64,000 nucleotides of DNA from Acidobacteriota bacterium (GCA_965205505.1 CBDBHB010000009.1:3103851-3167850); one strand, 5' to 3'; positions 30,617 through 42,510 are shown, counted from the first letter of the stretch. Notes: generated by a model not told the origin, from the letters alone. A program made the numbers and translations.

Positions 30617-31045
30617 TCAAACATCATCGGTGCTCAGGACGTCAGCGTCGGCTATGGCCAATTGCTGTCCGCTCCGTAGGCGGCGATAGTCGTCGCGATC
30701 GACGACCAACACCGGCAACTTGGTGTCGTAAAGCTCTCGGGCGATCATGGCCGCCACCAGGATGGTGATGTTGGGCTCCGGCAGAATCACGGCGGCGGGG
30801 CCGTTACCGAGCTGAATAGCGTCGGCCAGCGCGCCTGGGGAGCTGGTGCTGCCGCGCGTGCCCGGCATGACCAGGATTCTCCCGGCGACACATTCGCCAA
30901 GCTGTGGATGATGCTCATCGACGATGCGGCCGGATTTGGGATCGAGGCCTCCCCAGAAGCTCAGCGGCTCTTCCAGGACAAGCGTCTCACCTCCACACTC
31001 GCCGTCGAGGAGGATCTCGGTGGCGCGCAAGACCTCAGCAGCCAT
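30617..31045 (-). CDS. Aconitase X swivel-domain (small) subunit, DUF126
   Basis: PLSFWGG.DP.SG.I.D.HHP, GRILVMP..RGS.SS. Confidence 0.85.
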   Translation of the reverse strand: MAAEVLRATEILLDGECGGETLVLEEPLSFWGGLDPKSGRIVDEHHPQLGECVAGRILVMPGTRGSTSSPGALADAIQLGNGPAAVILPEPNITILVAAMIARELYDTKLPVLVVDRDDYRRLRSGQQLAIADADVLSTDDV

Positions 31046-32294
31046 CGGCCCAGAACTCGGTATCGGAGGTAATGCGGCCGCTCGCAGCGGCTCGCACACA
31101 GTCTTCCAGGCTCGCGAACGTCGGCCGCGATCCCAGTCCACCAGGTGCGTAGTAAGCCCACTTGGCGGAGTTGGTCACCACGCGCCCGTCGCAGCCCGAG
31201 ACCAAGGGAGCGTAGTAGGTGCATCGCCCGGTCACGGGCGTCGCCCCGGCGGCACGCAGCAGATCGAGCCAACCGCGGTCCTCGATCTCCCCGAGTACAT
31301 GGTCGCTTGTCGATATGTAGAACTGGACGCCTTCAGCGACGTGAACCCTCTCGAGCAACGGCATCAGCTGTTCGAACTCGGCGAGCGAGAAGTGCGGTGT
31401 CCCGAGGCACACCGCCCCGACGTGTCCGCGGCCACCAGCTCCGAGCTGCTCGGCCGCCGCCCGGAGGTCGTCCGGGCCGACACAAACCCGAGAGCTCGCG
31501 GGTCGTCCCTGGGTCGCTTCTGCCAGCGTTGTGGCTTCCGGCGTAATGCCGACGGCGTGGAAGAGCTTCAGCGAGCCTGAAGCCGCACCGGCAGAACCGA
31601 TGGCTCGGAGCTGCTCGGTGCTCGCAGTCGACGGCAAGCCGACGATCGCCGGGATTTGATCGCCGACAGTTCGCCCGACGAGAAAGCCGAGCACGTGAAA
31701 GAAGCGGTCGTCGCCGAGCCAGGTCGCGGGGAGATGCTCCAGCTCCACCACAACGGTCGCACGGCGGTTCTCCGTCCGATGCAGCCCGGTGTCTGGAGCA
31801 CGACCGGTGATCGCCGCGCACATATCCAGGAACTCGACGTAGGCGTTCGTCCGCGCGCCCAGAATCGAGTTGGCATAGGCCACCGCGCTCGACTCGGTCC
31901 ATGCGACGTGCTCGCCTCGCTTGGGCTCGGCCCGCACGTGATAGGGAGCACAGGTCATCGTGGGGCGACAACCCATCTGCTCGTAGAGCTCGATCAGACG
32001 GAGGCTCGCATTCCTGTCGGCCGGCTCGGAGTCCGCGAATCGTTGCAGGTTCAAGGAGCAGCTGGTCAGCGTGGTCGGCACGGCAACCCGCGTACCGAGC
32101 TCGATGAGCTTTTCCGCAAAGTCGATGTTTGCCTGGCCATTATTGTAGGAGCTACCGACGTGCGCCCAAGTGATGTCGATCAATCGTGGCGCACGCGTCG
32201 CTTCCGCCACTCGGACGATAAGGCGCATGGCGAACTGAGCACCGGCTCCGTTGCCGCCTGTCAGTGTTGCCTGATCGGCAGCCGTGAGCTCCAT
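31035..32294 (-). CDS. Aconitase X catalytic (large) subunit, DUF521
   Basis: TCAPY, WTESSAVAYANSILGARTN, LGTPHFS. Confidence 0.88.
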   Translation of the reverse strand: MELTAADQATLTGGNGAGAQFAMRLIVRVAEATRAPRLIDITWAHVGSSYNNGQANIDFAEKLIELGTRVAVPTTLTSCSLNLQRFADSEPADRNASLRLIELYEQMGCRPTMTCAPYHVRAEPKRGEHVAWTESSAVAYANSILGARTNAYVEFLDMCAAITGRAPDTGLHRTENRRATVVVELEHLPATWLGDDRFFHVLGFLVGRTVGDQIPAIVGLPSTASTEQLRAIGSAGAASGSLKLFHAVGITPEATTLAEATQGRPASSRVCVGPDDLRAAAEQLGAGGRGHVGAVCLGTPHFSLAEFEQLMPLLERVHVAEGVQFYISTSDHVLGEIEDRGWLDLLRAAGATPVTGRCTYYAPLVSGCDGRVVTNSAKWAYYAPGGLGSRPTFASLEDCVRAAASGRITSDTEFWADGC

Positions 32295-32298
32295 TTGG

Positions 32299-32577
32299 CT
32301 AGTGGCCTGTAACAGGGGAATCGATAGCGGCGCAGGTGGGATTTGCGGGCGAGATCAAGGAAGGGTGAGGAAGGCGATGCCTTAGCCATCCTCGACGAGC
32401 CCTGACGCCGAGATCGCCCGCATATCGCTCCTGCCCTCCGGGTGGCCGCGGGACCGGCCACCTTCGGCGTCGCGGCGCCTCGACGATACACCCAGCATCG
32501 CCCTCGTCGCCGCTCCTACAATTCGCCCCGGTCGCGCGCGCCACAAACGTCACCGTACTTATGATCAGGAGCACTAG
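32299..32577. mobile_element. ~280-bp structured MITE-like element, copy A
   Basis: Bounded by CTAG on both sides, the right one being the glnT stop codon; imperfect TIRs CTAGTGGCCTGTAACA / TGATCAGGAGCACTAG; two inverted GGCGATG..ATC(G/C)TCGA hairpin motifs. Confidence 0.7.
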
Positions 32578-33908
32578 TAATACTCGAGATAGCGGTCAAT
32601 CTCCCACTCTGAGACGTGACGCTGGTACTCGCCCCACTCCATGTCCTTGACCTTGAGGAACTCGTCGATGAACGCAGCGCCGAGCTGATCGCGGAACAGC
32701 GAGTCAGCCTCGAGGGCGTCGAGTGCGGCGCGCAGGCTCTGCGGCAGAATGCCGACACCGAGCTTCACGAGATCGTCGATCGGTGTCGTGTAGTGGTTGA
32801 AGTTCTGGGGCTCACCTGGATCGAGCCCACGATCGATTCCGTCGAGGCCCGCGGCGACGATCGCGGCCGTGGCAACATACGGATTACAGCTGCCGTCCGG
32901 CAAGCGCAGCTCGAGCCGACCGTGCGGTACGCGCACCATGCTCGAGCGGTTGTTGTCGCCATAAGAGATGTAGGCTGGCGCCCATGTGGCCCCCGAAAGC
33001 GTGTTGCCAACGACGAGGCGCTTGTAGGAATTGACCGACGGTGCACAGAGCGCCGCCAGAGCCGGGGCGTGCTCTAGCAGCCCGCCCAGAAAGCTGTATG
33101 CGAGGCTCGACAGACCGAGGTTACGCTCGTCCGATTCGTCGCCGAACAGCGGCGTACCATCGCCGTCGTCGATCGACATGTGGAAATGCGTGCCGCTCCC
33201 GGTTCGCCGCGTCGCCGGCTTAGGCATGAACGAGCAAATAATGCCGAGCTCTCTGGCGATCTCGCCAGCCGCCATGCGGAAGAACACGTAGCGATCGGCG
33301 GAGGTCATCGCCTCCGTGTAGGTGTAGTTGATCTCGAACTGGCCGTTGCCGTCCTCGTGATCGATCTGGTACACGTCGAAGCCCACCGATACCAGCGCGT
33401 CGACGAGCTTTTCGATAAAGGCTGTGCTCCTCGACAGACCTTTGTAGTCGTAGCACGGCTTGTCGAGCCGGTCCGTGGGATCCGCAGGGCCGAGCGAGCC
33501 ATCCTCTGCGCGCCGCAGCAGCATGAACTCGGGCTCAATGCCGGTGTTGAGCGTCCAACCGCGATCTGCCAGGCGAGCTAGTTGCTGACCGGCAATTTGA
33601 CGCGTGTCCAGCGGCCAGGGTTCGCCGCTCACATGGCCGACGCAGACGACACGCGCGAAACCCTCCTGCCAGGGCACCAGGCTCAGCGTCGACGGGTCCC
33701 CCACCGCCATGAAGTCGGGGTCGTGCGGCTCCTGGCCGAGGCCCCAGACGGCAAAACCCGCGAAGCCGGCGCCGTCGGTGAGAACGTCCTCGTAGTGACT
33801 CGCCGGAACCGCTTTTGTCTTCGCCACCCCATGAATGTCGACGAACTGCGCCAGAACGAACTTCACCCCGTTCTTCTCGAAGAAGGATGCCGCGTCTTTG
33901 CCTGTCAT
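32574..33908 (-). CDS. glnT: Type III glutamate-ammonia ligase (GlnT / gamma-glutamylmethylamide synthetase-like)
   Basis: [54 protein letters not shown]. Confidence 0.85.
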   Translation of the reverse strand: MTGKDAASFFEKNGVKFVLAQFVDIHGVAKTKAVPASHYEDVLTDGAGFAGFAVWGLGQEPHDPDFMAVGDPSTLSLVPWQEGFARVVCVGHVSGEPWPLDTRQIAGQQLARLADRGWTLNTGIEPEFMLLRRAEDGSLGPADPTDRLDKPCYDYKGLSRSTAFIEKLVDALVSVGFDVYQIDHEDGNGQFEINYTYTEAMTSADRYVFFRMAAGEIARELGIICSFMPKPATRRTGSGTHFHMSIDDGDGTPLFGDESDERNLGLSSLAYSFLGGLLEHAPALAALCAPSVNSYKRLVVGNTLSGATWAPAYISYGDNNRSSMVRVPHGRLELRLPDGSCNPYVATAAIVAAGLDGIDRGLDPGEPQNFNHYTTPIDDLVKLGVGILPQSLRAALDALEADSLFRDQLGAAFIDEFLKVKDMEWGEYQRHVSEWEIDRYLEYY

Positions 33909-33921
33909 GGTCTCCACCGAT

Positions 33922-34204
33922 TTAGCAGGGTGCTCAAGAAAACTCTGGCGGGTCTGGTGCGTGGCTCTTGCTGGCCAGATCAAGGAAGAGCGACGATGGC
34001 GATGCCAGGGCGCATCGTCGAGGAGCTGTAACGCTGAGATCGTCGGCAACCCCAACGCCCTGAAGAGTTACGGGGTCTTGCGGCGATCTGCCTCGTTGAG
34101 CCCCCTGGACGATACAACAAGCATCGCCTGCGTCGTGCCGCCAACGGGCGAGAGAACCTTGCTTGGTCTGATCCGCGCCGCGTTCCCCGTTGCCAGCGCG
34201 CTAG
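33922..34204. mobile_element. ~280-bp structured MITE-like element, copy B
   Basis: Left end TAGCAGG...GGGTCTGG...GGCCAGATCAAGG resembles copy C; right end CTAG is the LytTR stop codon; same paired hairpin motifs. Confidence 0.65.
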
Positions 34205-34970
34205 AAGGGCACGATGACGCGCAGGTTGGCCGCCATTTTGCGGCTGGCAACGAGCGGCGTTCCATCTCCGAGCATGACGCGGTAACGGCCCCCGAACCAG
34301 CGCTGGATCTCGCGCACGTGGCCGGATGTTGACCAGCGTGGCCCGATGGATGCGGATGAACTGTGCTGTGGGTCGAGCCGACGGGCCAGTTTGCACCAGG
34401 GTGGAATCGACGATGTGGCTCTTGGCCGCCGTGGTGGCCGCGTAGACCAGCTTGTCCTGAGCGTAGAAGTGGGTCACCTCTTCGATCGGTAGCACCAGCG
34501 TACGGTCGCCGATGCGGATGCCCAGCCGGCGCAAGAATCCCTCCGCAGCGGCAGGCGTCGATCTCTCCACCAGACGTTGTACTCGCTCGAGGAGGTCCGC
34601 CTGGCGCTGTCCGGAGTGGTATCGACGGACCTTTTCGAGCGCCCGTCCGAGCCCCTCGGAATCGACCGGCTTGAGCAGATAATCAACGCTTGCTACTTGA
34701 AACGCCTCGAGTGCGAACTCGTCGTAAGCGGTGGTGAATATCACCAGCGGGCTTTCTTCGAGCTCGCGCAGCAGGTCGAAGGCGGTGGCACCGCGGAGCC
34801 GAATGTCGAGCAGCAGCAGGTCGGGATGGGAAGCGGCAATGACCGAGGTAGCGGCGGCCACGGTGTCAGCCTGGGCCGACGATCTCGACGTCCGGGTGCT
34901 TCGACAGCAACCGGCGCAGCCGCAGTCGCGCCGGCGGCTCATCGTCGATAATCACCGCCCGGAGCGTCAT
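34201..34970 (-). CDS. LytTR-family response regulator, several frameshifts
   Basis: MTLRAVIIDDEPPAR, PDLLLLDI, IFTTAYDEFALEAF, DYLLKP, FIRIHR, ending ASRKMAANLRVIVPF*; spread over different frames. Confidence 0.8.
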
Positions 34971-36020
34971 CGAAGCTCCTCGCACGGTAGCTCCAGCACA
35001 ACGATCGTCCGTTGCAGGGTTTCGTCGCGCCGCGCCGCGCCCAGTAGGGCGCGCCCCTTGTAGTGGAGCGCCAGTTGCTCACGGACGAGTCGCATTCCGC
35101 TGCCGCCCTCTGAGCCAACCGGTTCGTCTGCTCGGGCGGCGCAGGCAAACCCCGGCCCATTGTCGCGGATCTCGATCCGTACCGTATCGCCGTCGGCCCG
35201 CACCAGGATCTCGACCTCACCGCGACCCTCCGATCGCGAAGCGCCATGCTTGACCGCGTTTTCGACCAGCGGCAGCAGGAGCATGCCCGGCACCGCGATG
35301 CCGGCCAACTCGTCGGGACAGTCGATGCGAGACCAGAGCTGGTCACCGAACCGGTGTTGCTCGATGCTCAGATAGTCGGCGACGGCATCGAGCTCGCTGC
35401 GCAGGGAAACGGACTCGGCCTCGCCGACCTGAAGCGCCTGCCGGAAGTGGCGTGACAGCGCCAGAGTCATGCGCTCGGCTCGCTCGGGATCCTCACGAAT
35501 CAGGGCGGTCAAGGTGTTGAGAGCATTGAATAGGAAATGCGGTCGGACAAGGGATCGGAGTCGAGCCATCTCGGCCGTCTGACGCTGCAGCGACAAATCA
35601 CGCTGTCGCAGGCGCGACGCATGCAAAGCGGTAAGCGCGTGATCGATACGCTGCTGCTCTGCCGCCGCCCGCCAGAGTCCGGCGCCGAACAACAAGGCGA
35701 TCGGAGCGGTGACGGTGAGCAGCCGCGGGATGGAATAGGCAGCGAGACCCGTATCGGCAGAAATCAGGCCCCAGCGGCCGATCAGTCCCAGGACGGCGTG
35801 AAGGGAGATCGCGGTCAGCACCAGCGTTGGGCAGGCTCGGCAGCACCAACGCCAGAGCCTCGTGCGCTGTGCCCGGCGCGCGCACCAGGCGACGGCTCAG
35901 CAGGAACACCGCTGCGATGGCGACGCAGGTCAGGTTACTGAGCCCCGCCGCCACCACCAGGATACGCAGCAGGTTGCCGGGTCCACGCGGTATCGAGGTG
36001 GCGAAGATCACCTCTGCCAT
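34967..36020 (-). CDS. LytS-type sensor histidine kinase; frameshift near 35830; 5' end probably replaced by an integrative-element end
   Basis: PHFLFNALN, EQHRFGD.L, LVENAVKHG, DNGPG; the start lies inside the core site at 35999-36019. Confidence 0.8.
35999..36019. other. Putative left attachment core site TGGCGAA-GATCACC-TCTGCCA
   Basis: 7-7-7 imperfect palindrome at the point where coding sequence gives way to a more AT-rich spacer upstream of the integrase; arm-like repeats at 36144-36164. Confidence 0.6.
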
Positions 36021-36171
36021 CGTCCAGATCCGGTGCATTCCTAAGTTGACCTATTAGTCCCTAAGCATCAGTAGAGTCAGATAGTTACGGGTATTCGTCC
36101 ATCTTGCGTGTTCCCCGGACAATCCGCTACATTCCAGCCTGTAATGGTGGAATTAGAGGGGGATGCATAAT

Positions 36172-37148
36172 ATGGCCGATGCGCAAGCAACTGCACCGAA
36201 ACCCAGCCCTCGGCGCAAGAGCGGCAAGCACCCGGAGCGGGCCTGTCGGCGGCGTTCGTACGCACGGTAATGAAGCCGGGCCGGTACTGCGATGGACACG
36301 GCCTGTACCTGAACGTGATCCCGAGCGGAGCGCGCAGCTGGGTACAGCGGATCGTGATCCAGGGCCGTCGCCGGGAACTGGGTCTCGGAGGCTACCCCTT
36401 GGTGTCGCTGTCGGAGGCGCGCGAGGTGGCATTTGCCAACCGCAAGCTGGCACGTGCCGCGGTGACCCGCTGGCAGACAAGCGCCGGGCGAGGGCATGCC
36501 GACATTCGCGCAAGCAGCGGCCAAGGTGTATGAGATGCACCGCCCCGGGTGGCGCAACGCCAAGTATGCGGCGCAATGGAAAACGGAGTTGCGCACCTAT
36601 GCGTACGGGGCGCATCGGTGAGATGCCGGTGTCGGAGGTGACGACGGCCGAGGTGTTGGAGGTACTGGGTCCGATCTGGCATGACAAGGCCGAGACCGCA
36701 CGGCGGGTGCGGGCGCGCATCGGTGCGGTGATGAAGTGGGCCATGGCGCAGGGGTACCGTGGCGACAACCCGGCTGGTGAGGCGATCACCCAGCCCAGGC
36801 GCACGCACCGCAAGCGGCGACAGCATATGCGGGGCGTTGCCGCATGCCGAGGTGGACGGTGCAATCGAGGCGGTGCGGGCTTCGGATGCCTCCGGGGTGG
36901 TGAAGCTGGCCCTGGAGTTCCTGGTGTTGACGGCGGCCCGCTCCGGCGAGGTGCGGTTGGCTACCTGGCAGGAGATGGACCTGGAGGCGAGGGAGTGGAC
37001 TCTTGCACCCGAGCGCATGAAATCGAACCGGGCCCACCGGGTACCGCTATCGGGCCGGGCAATGGAGATCCTGCGCCAGGCGCGGGGGCTTGGGGGGCCG
37101 CCCCGCGCCGAAGCCGCGGGCCTAACGGGGACGGCAGCCGGCCCCTAG
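36172..37148 (+). pseudogene. P4-like tyrosine integrase with arm-binding domain, frameshifted and C-terminally truncated
   Basis: PGRY.DGHGLYL.V..SG.RSW, LGLG.YP.VSL.EAR, LTAARSGE, RMK...HRVPLS; no HxxR or catalytic Tyr region. Confidence 0.88.
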
Positions 37149-37360
37149 GAGCCGTCAGGGCGCGCCTGACCGTCCTTCTCAAGGATGGTCGGCTCAAGGA
37201 TGGTCGGCACGACGTCGATGACGAGCCCGGCAAAAAGCTGTGCCACGAGCTCGTTGGCAGACCGGTCTCGCACTTCGTCGGACGTTCCGAACTGTACGAC
37301 GCGGCCGCGGTCTAGCACCGCGATGCGGTCGGACACGGCCAGCGCGTCGTCAACCGTCGC
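37145..37360 (-). pseudogene. C-terminal fragment of an ABC transporter ATP-binding protein
   Basis: DALAVSDRIAVLDRGRVVQFGTSDEV...NELVAQL. Confidence 0.6.
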
Positions 37361-37639
37361 GCGTGGCGTAGATCACCGTCCGGTGTTCGGGCCGCTAACG
37401 TAACCATACAGCTCGCGCACGAACCCACGACAGGTCTCCGCCGTCCGCGAACGCTGGGTTGCCGCACAGGTCGTCGACCAGCAGCAGATCCGGCAGATTC
37501 TTCATCGTTCGGCGCGGCCCCCTCCCACGAGAATCCCTTCCCCTCGCCCTGCGGTTCACGATCCGACCCGTCGAGCGCCATGTTCGGGAACGCATAGCGC
37601 CGGACGCCCCGGAGAACACCGCGCACCAGATAACGGTCC

Positions 37640-38108
37640 GGCTTGTTGACGTCGAGCTCGATACCGGCACGTCGATCGGTTCACACCCACGATCCGGCAC
37701 GCCCGGCACTCCCTCAGCCCCAAGCGCTGCTGCAGCCATACCGCTGCTTGCCGCCGCATCGCGGGCGTCACCATTTTCGCAACACAACTTCCTTGAGCCC
37801 CTGGTTGTCCAGCGTCAGATCTTCCACCGCATTCTTGAGCCGCCGGTTGTCACGCTCTAGCTCCTTGAGCCGGCGCGTCTCACTGATATCCAGCCCCCCG
37901 TACTTCGCCTTCCACCGCTAGTAAGTGCCCTCGCTGAAGCCATGCTCCTGGCACACGTCCTTGACCGCCTCGCCGGCCTCCACCTGGCGCAGGATCCTGA
38001 TGATCTGCTCTTTGCTATACCGCCTCTTCCTCATGTAGCCGTCCCGGCCCTAATCTAGCCCGGAGAACTCACACTCGCGTCGGATCAGTTTTCGGGGGAG
38101 ACAGGTCA
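37640..38108 (-). mobile_element. Truncated IS3-family element (IS407-like): left end, orfA and the start of orfB
   Basis: End sequence TGACCTGTCTCCCCCGAAAACTGATCCG; orfB MVTPAMRRQAA...RACRIVG.NRS..RY breaks off near 37640. Confidence 0.85.
37768..38034 (-). CDS. IS3 transposase OrfA (missing from the supplied ORF track)
   Basis: MRKRRYSKEQIIRILRQ...GTYYRWKAKYGG...RRLKELERDNRRLK...RKW*. Confidence 0.88.
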
Positions 38109-38289
38109 AGATGTCTCGTGCATTAGCGCCAGTAGGACTGACCAGCCCCCACGGTTAGTACCAGTGTGCGCGCCGAGACCCCGCCACCGATGAAGAGCGA
38201 GGACGCGGAGTGAGGACCGACTGCGCCCTGGCCGCGTGAGATAGCGCCGAGACAATTCACCCCGACATCAAGGGGCGCCACTGGCGGTT

Positions 38290-39075
38290 TCACTTCCAAT
38301 GGAACTGGCGATCATTCTTTGGCGCGATGATTCCGGTGGCGTCTATCAGATTCGCCTGGCGGGCCCGCATGATCTCGAACCTGGGCTCGTACTCGTACAT
38401 GAACCCCACGAGTTCGATTCGATCCTCGTCATGAATCAAGAAGCCACGGGCCGCCGCTGGAACCGCTCAAATCCGGCTTCGCCGGCAACCTCTCGCCTTG
38501 TGGCCAGTACCAGGTGGCCGAGTCGAGGCAGAACGCCATGTGGTTCTCGGAGCAGCAGTCAACGCTCCCGATGAATGACACGAAGTCGATAGACATCGTT
38601 GATGGACGTTCGCCTTCAGCCTGCGCGCAACGGTTCACAGGGTAGCCGCCGAAATGATGCGATCGTTCTGATTGCCGGTTGTCGGCGACCAGGTTTCTGT
38701 CTTGTAGACTCTGAGATGATCGCCCCAGCTATCCAGTGTGAACTCAGGAATTCTGAACGTGGCCAGATCCCAACCCTCTTTGCCACTTCGGTCAATGACG
38801 TTGTGCACAGGGTCGAACGGTGCGCTCCCAAGCTGGCAGAACGCATCAGCGTAGTGGGCCTTGTGGCCCTCATAGGCTTCCAGGACATGATTGGCCGTAA
38901 CACCGAAGACGGTATGAGGTGTCTCGATGACGCACATCGAACCGTTGCCAAGAATCTCGTTACCGTTGATCTCCCACCAGATTGGCGCACAGTACGACAT
39001 CGTTCTTAGACGCAGTTTGGGCAGGCGTCCGTTCTTCTCGGCGGAGTCGTACTTCTTACGCTCGGCCTTGTCCAT
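38290..39075 (-). CDS. Trypsin-like serine protease domain protein, two frameshifts
   Basis: VTANHV (His), WDLATF (Asp) and LSGSSGGP (Ser) occur in order across adjacent frames. Confidence 0.6.
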
Positions 39076-39371
39076 TCCCGAGGTCCCTTCCAATCTGCCC
39101 TTTTGCGCACTAGGAAGCGCGATCTCCCGGGGCAGCTCTGTAAGTTAGTCCGCGCCCGGCTGCTGGCGACGAGACTAGTACTTCCTCGCGCCGTGGGCCC
39201 GTCCGCGACTACGGTGACAGGGTTCCTTCTCCGATCCCCCCGGCCCACGGGCTAGAAGCCTGGTTCATCCGCAGAGGCTCCGCCGGACCGGCAAGATGCA
39301 CTATGTGACGATGAGCTAAGCACCACAGCCATGTAGCGTGGCGTCGGGTCCGGCGCTATAACTCTGCAACC

Positions 39372-40869
39372 ATGACAAGACTCGGGATTTGCCTGGTCGT
39401 CGTATCACTAGCGCTCGTGTCGCCATCGGGCAACGCCGCTGGGCAGCACGATGCCAGACACCGCCTGATCGGATCCGGCGAGCTGATCATGCCGGTCGGT
39501 CGGGGACGATGGCAGGGTTACACGTCGGAGCTGTCGCCCGAACAGCGTGCCACGCTTGGCTCCGACATCACCGCGGCCGAGTACGCCAGGGTCCACGCTG
39601 CGCTCGACGCGTACGAGCGCACATACGGGTTGCTGCTGGCAACCAAAACTGACATCCCGAACCGCTATCGCTTCTACCCGCAGGCCGGGCTGCACGAGGG
39701 CGACCTGTTCTTTTCCGGCTTCGTCGACCTGGACCCGACCCAAGGAGATGCCGCCATCTTGGATTGGAACTGCACCGACTACACCTATGATGGGCACCAG
39801 GGACACGACTCTGACGTGCGGAGCTTCGCGTTCCAGGACATCGGGGTGCCGATCTACGCCGCGCTGGACGGACGCGTGGTCGCTGCTCAGGACGGTAATC
39901 CCGACCGCTCGACGACGCTGACGTACAAGCCCGCCAACTACGTCATCATCAGCCACGGCGGCGGTCAGCTGTCGCTGTACTGGCACATGCGCAAAGGCAG
40001 CGTCGCGGTCAAGATGGGCGATGACGTCGTGGCCGGGCAGAGCATCGGCATGACGGCCTCGAGCGGCTACAGTTCCGGACCGCACCTGCATTTCGAGACC
40101 TGGGTGAATCGGGTTGCTACCGAGCCGTTCGCAGGCCGCTGCAACCCGGGCGCCAGCGGCTTCGTCAAGCAGCTCAAGTTCAAGCGCAACACCTACCTGT
40201 TGGACGCCGGATCACCCACGAAGAACTCCGCACTCTGCCCGAGGACAAGCTGCCACCCGAGCAACTGCCCTCGTCGGGCCAGTTTCAAACCGACGATGAG
40301 TGGCTCTACATCTGGTTCCTGCTGCAGAACCTACCGGCCAACAGCACCCACCGGGTGGTGTTCCGGCGGCCCAACAACTCCGTCGCGTTGGACACTGGCG
40401 CGCGTGAGCTCGGCAACATCGATTCTCTCCACTACAGCTGGTGGAGGCAGCGCTGGATCGTCACGGCATGCGCGTGTTCACCGGCACCTGGAAGCTCGAG
40501 CTGCACGTCAACGGCAAGAAGCTCGCCACGATGCCCTACGAGGTCATGACCAAGCGGGATCCCGAACTGAACCGGGCGCCGGTGGCGCTCAAGAGGGTCA
40601 AGTTTCGCAACAAGCCGAAGGCCCACAGAGTGCCATTGTGCGAGCTCAAGTACCCGCTGGTGACCGACGACCCCGACTACGACGTCGTCTCGTACCGGTA
40701 CGTGTGGAAAGTAGACGGCAGGGTTGTGCGCGACGTCACCATCGCAGCGCACTCCGACGCCCTCGCCACCGACCTGTTTGCCAAGGGCGACCGCCTGGAG
40801 TGCACCGTAACGCCGACGGACGGCGATCTGCAGGCGCGCAGCAAGTCGGTCCGCTCCAAGGTGAGGTAA
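39372..40869 (+). CDS. Secreted M23-family metallopeptidase, frameshifts near 40210 and 40460
   Basis: Signal peptide; YDGHQGHD (HxxxD), YWHM, SSGPHLHFE. Confidence 0.8.
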
Positions 40870-41014
40870 GCGAACGCGCGAAGGGCAACGCATCCTGGAG
40901 CGAAATCCTCGGGAGCGACCCGGCCACCAGGTAGGCGGAAACCGTCGACGGAAGAGGATTACCTCGGAGAATCTCATCCGGCCTCAGCACTGTTGAAAGC
41001 GGACCAGCGCCGAA

Positions 41015-41034
41015 ATGTTAGATAGATGTTAGAT
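41015..41034. repeat. ATGTTAGAT direct repeat, 11-bp period (integrase arm-type-like)
   Basis: Copies at 41015-41023 and 41026-41034, ~85 bp from the tRNA-Leu fragment. Confidence 0.55.
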
Positions 41035-41117
41035 CGCTGAACGTTCAGCTTGGAACGTGAGCGTCGAGATCCGGCCTCTTGTCGATCGGATCTCCCTTGT
41101 ACAGAGCAACTTACGAG

Positions 41118-41176
41118 TAGTGCCCAAGGAGGGACTTGAACCCACACGGGCTGCGCCCACTAGGTCTTGAACCTAG
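41118..41176 (-). tRNA. tRNA-Leu(CAA) 3' fragment, att-like; not a complete tRNA
   Basis: CTAGG-TTCAAGA-CCTAG anticodon arm, long variable arm, GTGGG-TTCAAGT-CCCTC T arm, ending GGCACTA; no D arm or 5' acceptor strand. Confidence 0.82.
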
Positions 41177-41375
41177 TGGGGGGGGCGCGGGCGCGGGCGG
41201 TGCCCTGCTCGGTGTCTCGACGACTGCGTGCACGGAACACACAGGCAACAACGTGGCCACCGGCCGTTCGGGCCGTCGCAGCCTGTAGTATTTCGCCAGC
41301 TTGATCACGTCCTTTGCTCGCTGACAGAAAATGTCCTAGTTCAGCTCGATCCGCTTTCGAGTCACCGCAACCCTC

Positions 41376-42097
41376 ATGCTGCCCCTTGCCATTGTTGGTT
41401 GCGACCCGTCTAGTGAAGTTCTCCCTTTCCGGATTCAGCCCCAGAGACCGGTTGAGCAGTTGGAAGTCGAAGCGCTCGCGGCAACTCCACCCGTGGAACA
41501 GGGACAGCGACTGCGACCCGATCTGGTCGATCTTTCGCTGCTGGATTCGGAGCTGCGATTCGATATCAGCTACGCGGGAAGCAACAACTTTATGGGCACA
41601 CCCTTTTACCGGCAGGCCAAAGCCTATCTCCAGCGGCCGGTGGCCGAAGCCCTGGTCGCAGCCCATAAGGATTTGCAGCAGCAGGGCTTTGGCTTGATGA
41701 TCTTCGACGCCTACCGTCCCTGGTACGTCACCTGGATGTTCTGGGAGGGAACCCCCGAGAATCTTCGGCAGTTCGTGGCCGATCCAGCTTCCGGCTCACG
41801 GCACAACCGTGGGGCAACTGTCGATCTGACCCTTATCACCTGGAATCGGGCCGGCCGGCTGCGATGGGAAGCGGGTACGACGAATTCACTGAGCGATCTT
41901 ACCCCGATTACCAGGGGTCGACCGCTCAGGAGCGGGACAACAGGAATCGCCTCACAAGAGCGATGGAAAAGCAGGGATTCACCATCTACCCTTACGAATG
42001 GTGGCATTTCGACTACCGAAACTGGTCGGAGTATCCGATCCTGAATCTGATCTTCGAAGAGCTAACATTACGCGGTGGCGTGCGTCCAAGCGATTGA
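41376..42097 (+). CDS. D-alanyl-D-alanine dipeptidase (M15D, VanX/DdpX-like), lipoprotein-like leader, frameshift near 41845
   Basis: NNFMG, IFDAYRPW, GSRHNRG..VDLT, MGSGYD, EWWHFD. Confidence 0.85.
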
Positions 42098-42117
42098 GGG
42101 TTGGAGTTAGCTGAGGC

Positions 42118-42510
42118 ATGGGAAAGCGGAGACTCATCGGGCAGCAGGGCTTCTGGCCACTGGCGCTGCTGTGGCTGCCAGCAGGAGTGGTCGCGACCGC
42201 GTGGGTGCGCTTCGCGCCTGGGAACGGGCCGTGGGCGGAGCCAGAGATGTGGCTGATGATGATGCTGATGGCGGCGCAATCCCTGATCGTGGTCGCGCCC
42301 TGCGGCCTGCCGCTCGCCCTCGGGTGTCGGCGGCTCTGGCGGCTAGGCTACCGCCGCGAAGCCTGGACGGCGGGGATCGGACTCGGCGCCATCACAGTGG
42401 TGGCATCGCTGGTGGCGGGATTGCTTGGTCCGCTCGCCATCGCCCTGTACGCGGTTGTCTTGAGCCTCCCGGTATGGATCGCCTGCTGGTGGTTGAAGCG
42501 GCGCACCTGA
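42118..42510 (+). CDS. Hypothetical membrane protein
   Basis: 130-aa hydrophobic ORF with GAGG RBS. Confidence 0.6.
   Translation: MGKRRLIGQQGFWPLALLWLPAGVVATAWVRFAPGNGPWAEPEMWLMMMLMAAQSLIVVAPCGLPLALGCRRLWRLGYRREAWTAGIGLGAITVVASLVAGLLGPLAIALYAVVLSLPVWIACWWLKRRT

Noticed and set aside
41376-42097. Vancomycin resistance cluster
   Set aside because: No vanH, vanA, vanR or vanS nearby; stand-alone M15D dipeptidases are common.
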